Assembly: GCA_963749495.1 (NCBI GenBank)
Contig: CAVVMW010000021.1
Span: 128,001-192,000, forward strand
Reading direction: 5' to 3'
DNA length: 64,000 nt
Source: an uncultured bacterium
GTDB lineage: Bacteria > Verrucomicrobiota > Verrucomicrobiia > Limisphaerales > UBA8199
Below are positions 31,773 through 40,886 of the stretch, piece by piece; the stretch's first letter is position 1, and each line of letters opens with the position of its first letter. The notes under the pieces were generated by a model. That model did no database searches, had not been told where the DNA came from, and was given only the letters and a program-made list of their open reading frames with translations. Both the position numbers and the translations under genes were made by a program.

Positions 31773-34688
31773 ATGAACAACAATGACACAGAACTGCTCC
31801 GGCGCTACGTGACAGAACGCTCGGAAGCCGCTTTTGCCGAGTTGGTCAGGCGGTATATCGATCTTGTCTATTCAGCGGCCTTGCGGCAGGTGTTTGGAGA
31901 CGAGCAACAGGCCGAGGATGTTACCCAGGTGGTGTTTTCCGACCTGGCGCGCAAATCACACCGGTTAATGAGGCACACGTCGTTCGCAGGCTGGCTCTAT
32001 ACCAGCACGCGTTACGCCGCCGCCTCGATGCGGCGCGCTGAACAGCGCCGCTCGCTCCGTGAACAGGAAGCCCACATTATGAGCCAGCTCACCCAGGCAA
32101 CGGGAACCGACCCCAATTGGGAACAAGTCCGGCCGATCCTCGACGAAGCCATGCACGAATTGAAGGAGGAGGACCGGGAGGCGATCCTGTTAAGGTTCTT
32201 CGACCGCTTGCCCCTGGCGGACGTGGGCTCGCGCCTGGGCGTGACCGAGAATACCGCCCGAATGCGGGTCGAGCGGGCCACGGAGAAGCTGCGCGCTCGC
32301 CTGGCGCTGCGGGGTATATGTTCGACCGCGGCGGCGCTGGGCACTGCAATGGCCCAGCAAGCGGTTGGCACCGCCCCGTCCGCTCTGGCCTCGAGGGTCG
32401 CGGCTCGCGCGGCGGTCGCGGGAGCCGGAGCCGCCGCCGGCAGCCTGGGGACGCTCAGTTCCTGGAGCTTGGCGGGCAAAGGGGTGGTGCTGGCCGGCGC
32501 GGTGGTAATCGTCGCGGCTTTGGGCCTGTTGAAGTTGACAACGTCGTCATCGAACCACCAGCCGTCCATCGCCGGCGAGGCTGCCGCGACCGCCAAGGCT
32601 CCATTGGGCGCCCAAACCGATGGCACGAGGAAGAAAAGCGCCGGGATGGCCGACCAATCCTCTGCCGCCGGGTCCGGCCCCGAGCTTCTCTTTGTCGAAG
32701 ATCACACCGGGCTGCCCATCACCAACCGTGTAGCGTGGCTACGGGGATGGGAGCGAGGCTCGCAGTCGTTGGTCGAGAAGATGGTTCGGCTGGAGCGAGC
32801 TCGTGTTGTTGCGCCCTTCGATCCGAGTTACGGCCCGGGCTATTGGATTCTCACTCACGTCGAGGGCTATGCCGACGTCAGCCTCAAATGGCAGCCGAAA
32901 CGCGGGGAGACTGTCCCTCAATCGTATCTGGTGCGCCTGGTTCGGCCCGCACTGATTGGCGGGCGCGTTGTCGATCCCGCCGGGGAACCGGTGGCTGGGG
33001 CCGAAGTTGCCTTTGGGAACAACCCCATTCCCGGCAGTGACGCCAAACCCGAGAGCCACGCGATTGACCAGCTCATTGCCACCACAGATGCCCAAGGCCG
33101 CTGGCAGATCGACCGGGTCGCACCCGACTGCGTCCGTTACCTTGCCGGCTCCGCTTCGCATCCGGACTTTTCACGATCCGAATCCGTTGATGTGGGCTCC
33201 CGCCCGGAATTCGCCCGGCAGTTGCTCGAAGGCACCTTCACGTTCCGACTCGGCTCGGGCATCATCGTCCAGGGCACCGTCGTGGACCCTTCGGAGCAGC
33301 CTGTGGCCGGGGCGTTGGTTCATGTGGGCGGGCTTTCCGAGGCCGGCAGCCGGGATGCCCATTCGGCAGCGGACGGCACATTTCGAGTCGCAGGCTGCAG
33401 GCCGGGGACCCAGCTTGTGACCGCGGATGCGCCCGGCTTCGCCCCCGCTGTTCTCTCCCTCGACCTGAAGCCCAACCTGCCGCCCGTGAAGTTGGCACTG
33501 GGCCTCGGCCGGACGTTGCGGGTTCGGGTGGTCGATGCGAGTGGCCAGCCGGTCTCCGGTGCCAGGTTGTGTTATGACCCTTTCGACCGCCGCTTGCCGG
33601 GGCCTTTCCCCCAGGTAGAGTTTCTTCAGGATTCCGACCCCGACGGCCGCATCGTTTGGGGGCACGCCCCGGACCAGGACCTCGAGTTTGACTGTTCCGC
33701 GCCCGGCCACATGTGCGTCTCGGACCTGCTCCTCCACCCGGACGACCAGGAGCATGAGATCACTCTGCCGCCGGCATTGGTCATCAGCGGAACGGTGCGA
33801 GACGCGGACACCGGCGCGATGGTGCCACGCTTCAAGCTGGGAATTGGTTGGCCTGAGCGGGATCCTGACGGTTCCCCTGCAATCCGCTGGAGCACTATCA
33901 ACCGGTTCTGGCCGAGTTTCACCGGGGGCGAATTCCGCCACAGCATCGAGGAGCCCGTCATCGGGGGGACCACCAACCCGGGCTACGTTTTCCGGTTCGA
34001 GGCCGCTGGATATCCGCCGTTCGTTACCCGCGCTTACGGCGCCGATGAAGGCGACGTGACGCTGGACATCAGGCTCCACAGGGCGGAGGAAACACCCGTG
34101 GCCGTGTATACGCCGGCGGGCCGGCCCGCGAACGATGCGCAGATCGCTTTGCTCGCTCCCGGCAACCAGCTCAGACTCACTCCCGGCGGGTTCAGCACCC
34201 TGGGAAGCATGGGCTCGACCTGGTTGCGCAAGGCGGATGCCCAAGGCCAATTCGTCCTTCCCAAGGACGATGCCGTGCAGCGGATAGCGATTGTGCATCC
34301 GGAGGGTTATCTCGAATGCCCCGCGGGCGACTTGCGCCAGTCGCCTGCCGCCCGCCTCCAACCCTGGGCGCACGTCGAAGGAGTCTGGCTGGAGCAGGGA
34401 CAGCCGGTGGCCAATCGCGAAGTAAGTTTGGATTTCAGCCACAAGGTGGAGCGCGCCCTCTCACTGGAATACTCGGCCTACCGAACCAAGACGGATGACC
34501 ATGGCCACTTTGCTTTCCCTCAGATTCCCGCGGGTCTCTTCGATGTCATCGTCTGGGGCGAGTCAATCGGCCAGCACGGTGCGCGCTTCGGCCGGCACGC
34601 GCTCTCGGTCGAGGCACGACCCGGTGAAACCAATCAAGTAATCCTTGGAGCTGCCGATTCGGCGGGCGCGGCGGACACGAATCGATAG
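31773..34688 (+). CDS. ECF sigma-70 factor fused via a TM helix to carboxypeptidase-regulatory-like beta-sandwich repeats
   Basis: SEAAFAELVRRY, AEDVTQVVF, sigma4 HTH; TM helix; repeated GxVVDxxGxPVAGA. Confidence 0.88.
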   Translation: MNNNDTELLRRYVTERSEAAFAELVRRYIDLVYSAALRQVFGDEQQAEDVTQVVFSDLARKSHRLMRHTSFAGWLYTSTRYAAASMRRAEQRRSLREQEAHIMSQLTQATGTDPNWEQVRPILDEAMHELKEEDREAILLRFFDRLPLADVGSRLGVTENTARMRVERATEKLRARLALRGICSTAAALGTAMAQQAVGTAPSALASRVAARAAVAGAGAAAGSLGTLSSWSLAGKGVVLAGAVVIVAALGLLKLTTSSSNHQPSIAGEAAATAKAPLGAQTDGTRKKSAGMADQSSAAGSGPELLFVEDHTGLPITNRVAWLRGWERGSQSLVEKMVRLERARVVAPFDPSYGPGYWILTHVEGYADVSLKWQPKRGETVPQSYLVRLVRPALIGGRVVDPAGEPVAGAEVAFGNNPIPGSDAKPESHAIDQLIATTDAQGRWQIDRVAPDCVRYLAGSASHPDFSRSESVDVGSRPEFARQLLEGTFTFRLGSGIIVQGTVVDPSEQPVAGALVHVGGLSEAGSRDAHSAADGTFRVAGCRPGTQLVTADAPGFAPAVLSLDLKPNLPPVKLALGLGRTLRVRVVDASGQPVSGARLCYDPFDRRLPGPFPQVEFLQDSDPDGRIVWGHAPDQDLEFDCSAPGHMCVSDLLLHPDDQEHEITLPPALVISGTVRDADTGAMVPRFKLGIGWPERDPDGSPAIRWSTINRFWPSFTGGEFRHSIEEPVIGGTTNPGYVFRFEAAGYPPFVTRAYGADEGDVTLDIRLHRAEETPVAVYTPAGRPANDAQIALLAPGNQLRLTPGGFSTLGSMGSTWLRKADAQGQFVLPKDDAVQRIAIVHPEGYLECPAGDLRQSPAARLQPWAHVEGVWLEQGQPVANREVSLDFSHKVERALSLEYSAYRTKTDDHGHFAFPQIPAGLFDVIVWGESIGQHGARFGRHALSVEARPGETNQVILGAADSAGAADTNR

Positions 34689-34738
34689 CATTGGAACTGC
34701 ACGATCACAACCAGGCGGGGGCCTAAACACTCAATTCA

Positions 34739-35854
34739 ATGAGTACGTTTTCCGGAATCGGCCGCGCGAGCGGATCCTGGCGCAATAATCCGGCTAGCGG
34801 GCCCCGGCGTGGGGCGTTGCCTGCGTTGTGCGTCACGATCATTCTGGCGTTGAGCGGCGTTTGCGAACAGGCCATCGGTATGGATCAGGACAGTGATCTC
34901 GCCAAATGGGGGGCATTCTTGCAGCAAACAACTCCCGTCAAGCGGCTCGTCTATTCGGAGCCTTCTCATATCAGCGTGAATGGAGCGCCGCTTGAAGGGA
35001 CATTAACGTACGAGTGCGCGTTCCAAGACGAAACTTTCTATTGGCGCAACCTCACGAATTTCCCAGGTCATCCAAAACACCACCCCTTCGAAGGAATGGT
35101 CGTCGGATTGTGCCCAGGAAGAGACGCGGGCCAATACTGGTGCATCCAGTGGTTGGAGCCCCAGGGAGTAGTTAGCATCGCGCCGCGGCAGGTTCCCAGG
35201 CGGATTGAAACGGTGTCTAATGCTGAGACGTATGGCCCCTACGCGGAGCGCGACATGTTCCCGGTACGATCACTGGGGCTGATTGGCTTGGCGCCAAAGT
35301 CCTTCGTGTGGATCGACGATCGCCATTTCAAGGCGCGGGTATATTCGACCAAGTGGCCGTTGGACACGGCAACTGCTGAACTAACCGGCGAAGTTGTCCG
35401 CCTTGATGAGAACAGCCGACCGTTGGTGCTTAAGCTCACCTGCCCGGAATACTTCAAGAGGCCGCCCAGCACCTACATCGCGCGTTACACGTACGCCGAT
35501 CTGGAGCCGCGCTGGTTTCCGTCCGAGATAACCACTTCGGCGCCGGATGGCCGAAACGCGTTCACCTTGAAAATTCTGGCGGTCGAGCTCGGGCGGGCCG
35601 ACCTGCCGCCGGACGGTTACACTCCTGGGATGTTTCTTCCGGAAACTGCGGAACCGGAGTTCTTTTTCGTCTCCAATGGCGTACAACACGTGTTCACCCC
35701 CGCCGGGCCAGTGGCGACACCCCGGCCGAAACCGCCCCAAGTGTCTCCCTTGCGCCTCGCCGTTCTGGGAGCCCTTGTGGCCGTCATTAGCACATATTTC
35801 CTGGTGCGACTCTATGTTCGTCGGAGGCGTGCCGGGGCCGACCTGTCAAAGTGA
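34739..35854 (+). CDS. Hypothetical exported protein with C-terminal membrane anchor
   Basis: Signal-like segment; C-terminal TM helix followed by RRRR. Confidence 0.6.
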   Translation: MSTFSGIGRASGSWRNNPASGPRRGALPALCVTIILALSGVCEQAIGMDQDSDLAKWGAFLQQTTPVKRLVYSEPSHISVNGAPLEGTLTYECAFQDETFYWRNLTNFPGHPKHHPFEGMVVGLCPGRDAGQYWCIQWLEPQGVVSIAPRQVPRRIETVSNAETYGPYAERDMFPVRSLGLIGLAPKSFVWIDDRHFKARVYSTKWPLDTATAELTGEVVRLDENSRPLVLKLTCPEYFKRPPSTYIARYTYADLEPRWFPSEITTSAPDGRNAFTLKILAVELGRADLPPDGYTPGMFLPETAEPEFFFVSNGVQHVFTPAGPVATPRPKPPQVSPLRLAVLGALVAVISTYFLVRLYVRRRRAGADLSK

Positions 35855-35909
35855 GGACCACAACTGAAAGCTATACCCGTGACTCTCCAGATCTGAGTAT
35901 AGAATCGCC

Positions 35910-36635
35910 ATGAGATCAAATCCATTCCCAGGCAGTGATCGCCACGCATTTACGCTGGTTGAAATGCTCGTCGTAATAGCCGTGATTGGCATCTTGGCCA
36001 GCCTTCTTTTGCCAGCGGTGTCAAGATCCAAGCCGCGAGCACGGCTTACGGCCTGTTTCAACAACCAGCGCCAACAAGGCGCAGGTTTTGCGCTTTACTT
36101 GCTGGACCATGAGGACACTTATCCCAGCTGGGAGGGGTGGGCCGCCGTCGGGGGAAAGACAGGGATGATCGCCGAGAACGCGGGCATCATCGAGGCCAAG
36201 GACAGACCGTTGAACGTGTACGTCGGGAATACCGCAAGCTTTTGCTGCCCGAGCGATGCCGGGGAGGATGGGCGAAGCGTCATCCGCGAATCCGGGCGAA
36301 AGCTTTCTTGCTTCGACGCGTGGGGCACGAGTTATTTCGTTGCGTCAGTCTATGACCTCTACCGTGTGAAGCACGTTATCAGTTGGAAGGGGGAGCCTTC
36401 CAATATTCCTCCGATGAAGGGCTCCGAGGTGGGCGTTAGCCCGGCCAACAAGGTCATTCAAGGGGATTGGTGCTGGTCTAGTGGGCTGGATGACTCATCG
36501 TGGCATTGGGCCGGCGGCAAGCGATATAAATATGCCATGTTGTTCGGTGACGGCCATTGCGAGGGCATCGATCTCGCCGAGGGAAAAGGTAGCGGAAGCC
36601 ACATACCCCCGGACCGAGCGTGGAAATGGTGGTGA
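35910..36635 (+). CDS. Prepilin-type N-terminal methylation protein (H-X9-DG type)
   Basis: AFTLVEMLVVIAVIGILASLLLPAVS, CFNNQRQ, CPSD, WH...MLFGDGH. Confidence 0.9.
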   Translation: MRSNPFPGSDRHAFTLVEMLVVIAVIGILASLLLPAVSRSKPRARLTACFNNQRQQGAGFALYLLDHEDTYPSWEGWAAVGGKTGMIAENAGIIEAKDRPLNVYVGNTASFCCPSDAGEDGRSVIRESGRKLSCFDAWGTSYFVASVYDLYRVKHVISWKGEPSNIPPMKGSEVGVSPANKVIQGDWCWSSGLDDSSWHWAGGKRYKYAMLFGDGHCEGIDLAEGKGSGSHIPPDRAWKWW

Positions 36636-36812
36636 TTCGACTTCATGGGTATAGGTATAGGTTCAGAGATGTGCGTGGCACCGAATGACGGGGCGGTGCA
36701 CGGGCTGCGTGGCAGGCCAACGGCGAACTTGCGGCGGCTGAGTAGGGGGCCCGCATACCGGAGATGGGCTCCGCTGGGATTCTCGTTTGCATTTTCGCTA
36801 TTCGATCGTGAA

Positions 36813-36877
36813 GGGGTCAGTCAATGAGAATGTGCTATTCTGATCAAAGGGCCAATATGACAATCTCATTGGCCCCC
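36813..36877. repeat. Palindromic element E2
   Basis: 54/58 identical to E1, same orientation. Confidence 0.88.
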
Positions 36878-36921
36878 TTTCCGTAGGCCAAAACCGTCGA
36901 AAAACCGGCAAAACTCGCCGC

Positions 36922-36950
36922 TTGACACCCTCCTCGGCGTCTGGCATCAT
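36922..36950 (+). promoter_or_regulatory. Putative sigma70 promoter heading the cassette array
   Basis: TTGACA-N17-CATCAT with TG extension; ATG 9 nt downstream. Confidence 0.55.
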
Positions 36951-36959
36951 CCAGCCGTA

Positions 36960-37064
36960 ATGAGTGAGACCGAAAACCAATTCTCGTTCACCCGCGAAGC
37001 GTCAAAACCCGCGCAGCGGCAGAAAAGCAATTTCCTATCAGTTTACGAACCATTCGTCGTATAA
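36960..37064 (+). other. 34-codon leader or truncated ORF containing direct repeat copy 1
   Basis: MSETENQFSFTREASKPAQRQKSNFLSVYEPFVV*. Confidence 0.4.
36988..37042 (+). repeat. 55-bp direct repeat, copy 1
   Basis: TCACCCGCGAAGCGTCAAAACCCGCGCAGCGGCAGAAAAGCAATTTCCTATCAGT. Confidence 0.95.
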
Positions 37065-37079
37065 TCCCCTTTGTGTAGT

Positions 37080-37763
37080 ATGAAATCAACACGGTACACA
37101 ATCCTCCCTTTTCTTGTGTTGTGTTTGTCTAACCATCCCCTGCCGGCTGGTTCACCCGGTCCCCCCACGGCCAGGGAGATAGATCTACCTGACGCGGCTA
37201 CCAACCTCATAGAAATAGTTCGCGAGACCAAAGACCCGGATGCGAAATGGCGCGCCATTCGAACGCTCAGGGACCTGCGCTGCGTGGAGGCAGCGCCACT
37301 CTTGCTTAAGTGCCTCAAAGATGATCATCACCATGTGAGGGCCAATGCCGCCCGAGCCCTTGGAGACATGCGCGTCAAGGCCGCCTCAGGCCCTCTGATT
37401 GACCTTCTGAAGCAGGAGAAGGACCGCGGCGTCATTGAGCAGGCATCTCTCGCACTGAAACTCTTGCAGGCACATGAAGCTGTCCCGGTTCTGAAACAGT
37501 GTGCCAACCACGAGTCTGTGCAAACCCGTGCATGGGTTCTTCAAGCAATCGGAGATCTCGGCAGCCGAACGGATGTTCCCTTTCTGGCCGAACGGCTGAA
37601 CTCGTCAACGACCGAGCAGCTTGCTGCTGCACAGGGTATTGAGAAACTTGCGAAGGTTGATTTCGATTTCCCAAAGGGTCAAGGTTTGGTCAGTGAAAGA
37701 CCTGCAATCAACCGCGCACAGGATTGGTGGGAGAAGAACAAATCTGCCTTTCAAAGTGAGTGA
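37080..37763 (+). CDS. Secreted HEAT-repeat protein
   Basis: Signal peptide; VRANAARALG and similar repeats. Confidence 0.85.
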   Translation: MKSTRYTILPFLVLCLSNHPLPAGSPGPPTAREIDLPDAATNLIEIVRETKDPDAKWRAIRTLRDLRCVEAAPLLLKCLKDDHHHVRANAARALGDMRVKAASGPLIDLLKQEKDRGVIEQASLALKLLQAHEAVPVLKQCANHESVQTRAWVLQAIGDLGSRTDVPFLAERLNSSTTEQLAAAQGIEKLAKVDFDFPKGQGLVSERPAINRAQDWWEKNKSAFQSE

Positions 37764-37785
37764 GCAAGTGGATCACACGAGCAGT

Positions 37786-37840
37786 TCACCCGCGAAGCGT
37801 CAAAACCCGCGCAGCGGCAGAAAAGCAATTTCCTATCAGT
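37786..37840 (+). repeat. 55-bp direct repeat, copy 2
   Basis: Identical to copy 1. Confidence 0.95.
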
Positions 37841-37877
37841 AGTTGGTCAGCTTGGCCTTGACAACCACTTTGCCCAT
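37836..37877 (-). pseudogene. N-terminal stub resembling clan AA aspartic proteases (MGKVVVKAKLTNY)
   Basis: The frame is stopped by a TGA inside the edge of repeat copy 2. Confidence 0.45.
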
Positions 37878-37967
37878 GCGGGCGAGTTAGGCGCGCAGGC
37901 AGCGCGTGTCAAATGCCCAATTCGGAGCTGGGCGATTAGAAGCGTCCGGCATGGGCCTCGGGAGTTA

Positions 37968-38156
37968 TGTCCCGGAGGGGCATCTGACAATAGCCCGGCG
38001 TTTCAACGCCGGGGAGGCGACAAAAGGGACCCTCGTCCCGAAGGGACGACTGAGAACACTCCTCGCTTTCAGCCGTCCCTTCGGGACGGACCTGCTCCTT
38101 GGGGCCACTCACCCGGCGTTGAAACGCCGGGCTATTGTCGGAAGCCCCTTCGGGGC
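37968..38156. repeat. REPIN-like element (ATAG + CCCGGCGTTTCAACGCCGGG)
   Basis: Mirrored arms with inner GTCCCGAAGGGAC palindromes. Confidence 0.85.
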
Positions 38157-38203
38157 AAGAAGGCGCGGTGGGCTGACCGACGGTTTTAATCGCACCCTGG
38201 AGA

Positions 38204-38258
38204 TCACCCGCGAAGCGTCAAAACCCGCGCAGCGGCAGAAAAGCAATTTCCTATCAGT
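38204..38258 (+). repeat. 55-bp direct repeat, copy 3
   Basis: Identical; ATG of the next gene lies 2 nt downstream. Confidence 0.95.
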
Positions 38259-38260
38259 CG

Positions 38261-38992
38261 ATGAAAATCAAACTTCCTCTCTGCCTCGTGCTTGTTTTGA
38301 GCTGCGGCCTTTTGGGCGTTCGCCCAAATGACACGATCGCAAATGCGTCGTCCGCGCAGTTGGCTGAGGAATTCAAGAATTCCAAGGTCTTCTGGCAGCA
38401 ATTTGAAATTGCCAGGAAAATTGTGGCACTCCACGATACGAACGTTCTTTCGAGACTTGCGGGTTGGTTGACCAACGAGGACAGGCACGCAAGAGGCAAC
38501 GCGGCATTCATCTTTGCCGGAATGGGAGATGATCGGGAATTCGAGGTCATTCGGAAAATTCTCAACGACAGGTCCGAAAGACCCAAAGGGCAGGGCGTGC
38601 CGGGCGGCAACTGGACGCTTCAAGCGCAGATTGCTTCCGACCGCTACCACGCTGTCCACCTGTTTGGCGATCTCAAAGATCCGCGGGCGGTTCCCATTCT
38701 CATTCCGCTGCTTCGCGACAAAGAGGTGAACTACATCGTCCCCTGGGCGCTCGGGGAAATCGGCGACAAGCGTGCAGTCGAGCCGCTCATTGGGGCATTG
38801 AGCGACAAAGATCCATCTGTGCGCGTTCTGGCGATTTATTCCCTGGAGAAACTTAAGGCTGACAAAGCATTGCCGCAGCTTCAGGCGTTGCTGAACGACA
38901 ACGACCGAAGCAATTTTGGCGAACGCGTTTCTGTTGCCGAGGCGGCCCAGGCAGCCGTAACCAATTTGGAAACGAAGCCAACGCAGCCATGA
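38261..38992 (+). CDS. Secreted HEAT/PBS-lyase repeat protein
   Basis: WALGEIGDKRAVEPLIGALSDKDPSVR. Confidence 0.88.
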   Translation: MKIKLPLCLVLVLSCGLLGVRPNDTIANASSAQLAEEFKNSKVFWQQFEIARKIVALHDTNVLSRLAGWLTNEDRHARGNAAFIFAGMGDDREFEVIRKILNDRSERPKGQGVPGGNWTLQAQIASDRYHAVHLFGDLKDPRAVPILIPLLRDKEVNYIVPWALGEIGDKRAVEPLIGALSDKDPSVRVLAIYSLEKLKADKALPQLQALLNDNDRSNFGERVSVAEAAQAAVTNLETKPTQP

Positions 38993-39234
38993 ACTCAAAA
39001 CTCCCCATCTGCCTCGTGCTCGTTTTGAGCGGCGGCTTTGCTGGTTGCTCCCAGGATTATCAATCCAATAACGACGCCGCTCGCGTCGAGAACAACCATG
39101 AAATCCTCCGACTGGCAAAGTTGATTGGTCCAACAAATCCTCCGATCACCGATCAAATGCTGGAAAGCGGCGAATTCGATGGAAGCCTGTTTGGTTTGAA
39201 ACGGGGTCGGTCCATAAACGGGGTCGGTCCATGA
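38989..39234 (+). pseudogene. Putative lipoprotein, apparently truncated by element E3
   Basis: FAGC lipobox; signal region similar to that of 38261; runs into E3. Confidence 0.55.
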
Positions 39235-39331
39235 GAGTGTACTATTTACTGGTCGGCGGGGAGAGAGCCGCCGCTCGCGGCGCTGGCAGGAAACGGCCAC
39301 TGGAGTTATGACAATCTCATTTAGTCACCCC
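39203..39331. repeat. Palindromic element E3 (duplicated left end, longer loop)
   Basis: AAACGGGGTCGGTCCAT x2, then GAGAGTGTACTATT ... TATGACAATCTCATTTAGTCACCCC. Confidence 0.82.
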
Positions 39332-39451
39332 GAAATGTGGGGCTGGGCGCATCCCGACACCGCCCCCGGAGCGCCGGCTTCAGCCGGCTTTGCGCGCACC
39401 TGCGCCCCTTTGGGTCCCTGTGAACATTGAACGTCCGAAGCCGGCTGAAGC

Positions 39452-39843
39452 CCTTGTCATTACCCACATCTTTCCGGGCTGTCATTCAGAGGATCTCATG
39501 GCCCCATGACCTTCAGGCCAATGGCCTGACTTATACCAGCCCAGGGCCTCGCCCTGGGTTTCCGTGCGGTCTTGTCCCATTGCAGGCCAGCGGCCTGCCT
39601 CATCGCGTTGAGCAGACGATGGGGCCGGAGCTCAATCCGACGGCGGGATGAGTCGCGCTTTCAGCGCTCAGAATGGTCTTTGGCCGACAAACCCAGGGCG
39701 AGGCCCTGGGCTGGTATGAGGGACGCCGTTGGCGTCCCGCACAGGCTCAGGGCGCCCTCTCGGTGCTGCCTTTGTGGCAGTTGCCCCGGGCGCCCAGAAG
39801 TGAAACTGAAATCACCGGCCAGAAGATGTGGGTCATGACAAGG
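39452..39843. mobile_element. 392-bp MITE inserted in a family E REP and carrying an internal REPIN
   Basis: TIR CCTTGTCAT(T/G)ACCCACATCTT, 20/21 match; flanks GCTGAAGC / GCTTTAGC. Confidence 0.75.
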
Positions 39844-39938
39844 GCTTTAGCCGGCGCTCCGGCCCTTCGGCGTCGGTGGCGGGAGTAGTGTCCGGTTGCC
39901 CCCTGGACAACGCGCCAGCATCACACTAGCATCCTCTG

Positions 39939-40592
39939 ATGGCAAACGAAGAGCTTCAGGAATCCGTGCTGGTCGTTTCGCGCCAGGCCGTTGAAAAGCT
40001 GTGCCCTCGAACCTTCTCAAGGGAAGGCCAGCGGACGGCGTTGGCGGTCCTGGCAAACTACCGCTTTCTGGAACGAACGGTGGCCGAGCACGATTTCGGC
40101 TCCAAGCAGGTCATCCCCTACGTCGTGATTCGGCACCAGGACCGCTACCTGCTCATGCGCAGGACCAGGCGGCAGACCGAGAGCCGGCTCCACGACAAGT
40201 ACTCGCTCGGGGTTGGGGGCCATATCAACCGGGGTGACCTCGAGCCGGGCCATGACAATATCATCCTTGCCGGCATGAGACGGGAGTTGGCGGAGGAGAT
40301 CCGGGTCGAGGCGGAACAGTCGTGCGACCTCATCGGCGTCATCAACGACGATTCAACCGAGGTCGCGCGCGTACACATGGGCCTGGTCTTTCTGCTGAGC
40401 GCCGCCACCGCGCGCTATGAGATTGTAGAACAGGACAAGTACACCGCTGCGTGGAAGACCCTGCCCGAGCTCCTGGCCTATTACGAACAGATGGAGACCT
40501 GGGCCCAGATCGTCCATGATTACGTCCTGCTGGGCGGCAGGGCCGACCGCACCCGCAAGTGGGAAGGCCCGCAAGCGGTAAGGCCTCAGTGA
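39939..40592 (+). CDS. NUDIX-like predicted phosphoesterase (YmaB/COG4112-like)
   Basis: KQVIPY, ESRLHDKYSLGVGGHIN, RELAEE, VHMG. Confidence 0.85.
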   Translation: MANEELQESVLVVSRQAVEKLCPRTFSREGQRTALAVLANYRFLERTVAEHDFGSKQVIPYVVIRHQDRYLLMRRTRRQTESRLHDKYSLGVGGHINRGDLEPGHDNIILAGMRRELAEEIRVEAEQSCDLIGVINDDSTEVARVHMGLVFLLSAATARYEIVEQDKYTAAWKTLPELLAYYEQMETWAQIVHDYVLLGGRADRTRKWEGPQAVRPQ

Positions 40593-40764
40593 AGGGGAGC
40601 GGCACGGGGGCAGACCCCTCACCCCGGCCCTCTCCCCTGGAAGGGGAGAGGGAGAGTTCTTGGTGGCGCTTTGAGGAAGCGCAGACGCCTAGCAGCTCCC
40701 GAGACTGCCAACGCTTCTCCCTCTCCCCTTTGGAAGGGGAGAGGGCCGGGGTGAGGGGTCTGCC
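40581..40764. repeat. REP-like family B, copy 2
   Basis: Near-identical to 6579-6765. Confidence 0.85.
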
Positions 40765-40886
40765 CGACACTCCGTCTCCGCCTCCACTGACCGGTTACCG
40801 CAAGCCTTTCCCTGAACGTCCGGGCTCCGTCATTCGTCATTCGTCACTCTCGACACTCGGCTGCCGATCTGATAGGTAGCCTCGGA

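Larger units (their letters stand above)
29665..39331. mobile_element. Accessory island/cassette region punctuated by GGGGTC..CCCC elements
   Basis: Visibly more AT-rich codon usage, several truncated genes, repeated junction elements; no recombinase in the window. Confidence 0.6.

Noticed and set aside
36988..38258. CRISPR array from the 55-bp repeats
   Set aside because: Intervals are 743 and 363 bp and contain genes; no cas genes in the window.
30335..39234. Complete RHS toxin-immunity locus
   Set aside because: Only a short YD fragment; no RHS core end or toxin domain, and HEAT genes as immunity is unsupported.
30673..39331. Tn3-family transposon (GGGGTC ends) or classical integron
   Set aside because: No 38-bp Tn3 IR, 5-bp duplication, transposase or intI; no paired RYYYAAC/GTTRRRY ends (only a lone GTTAGGC near 37887).
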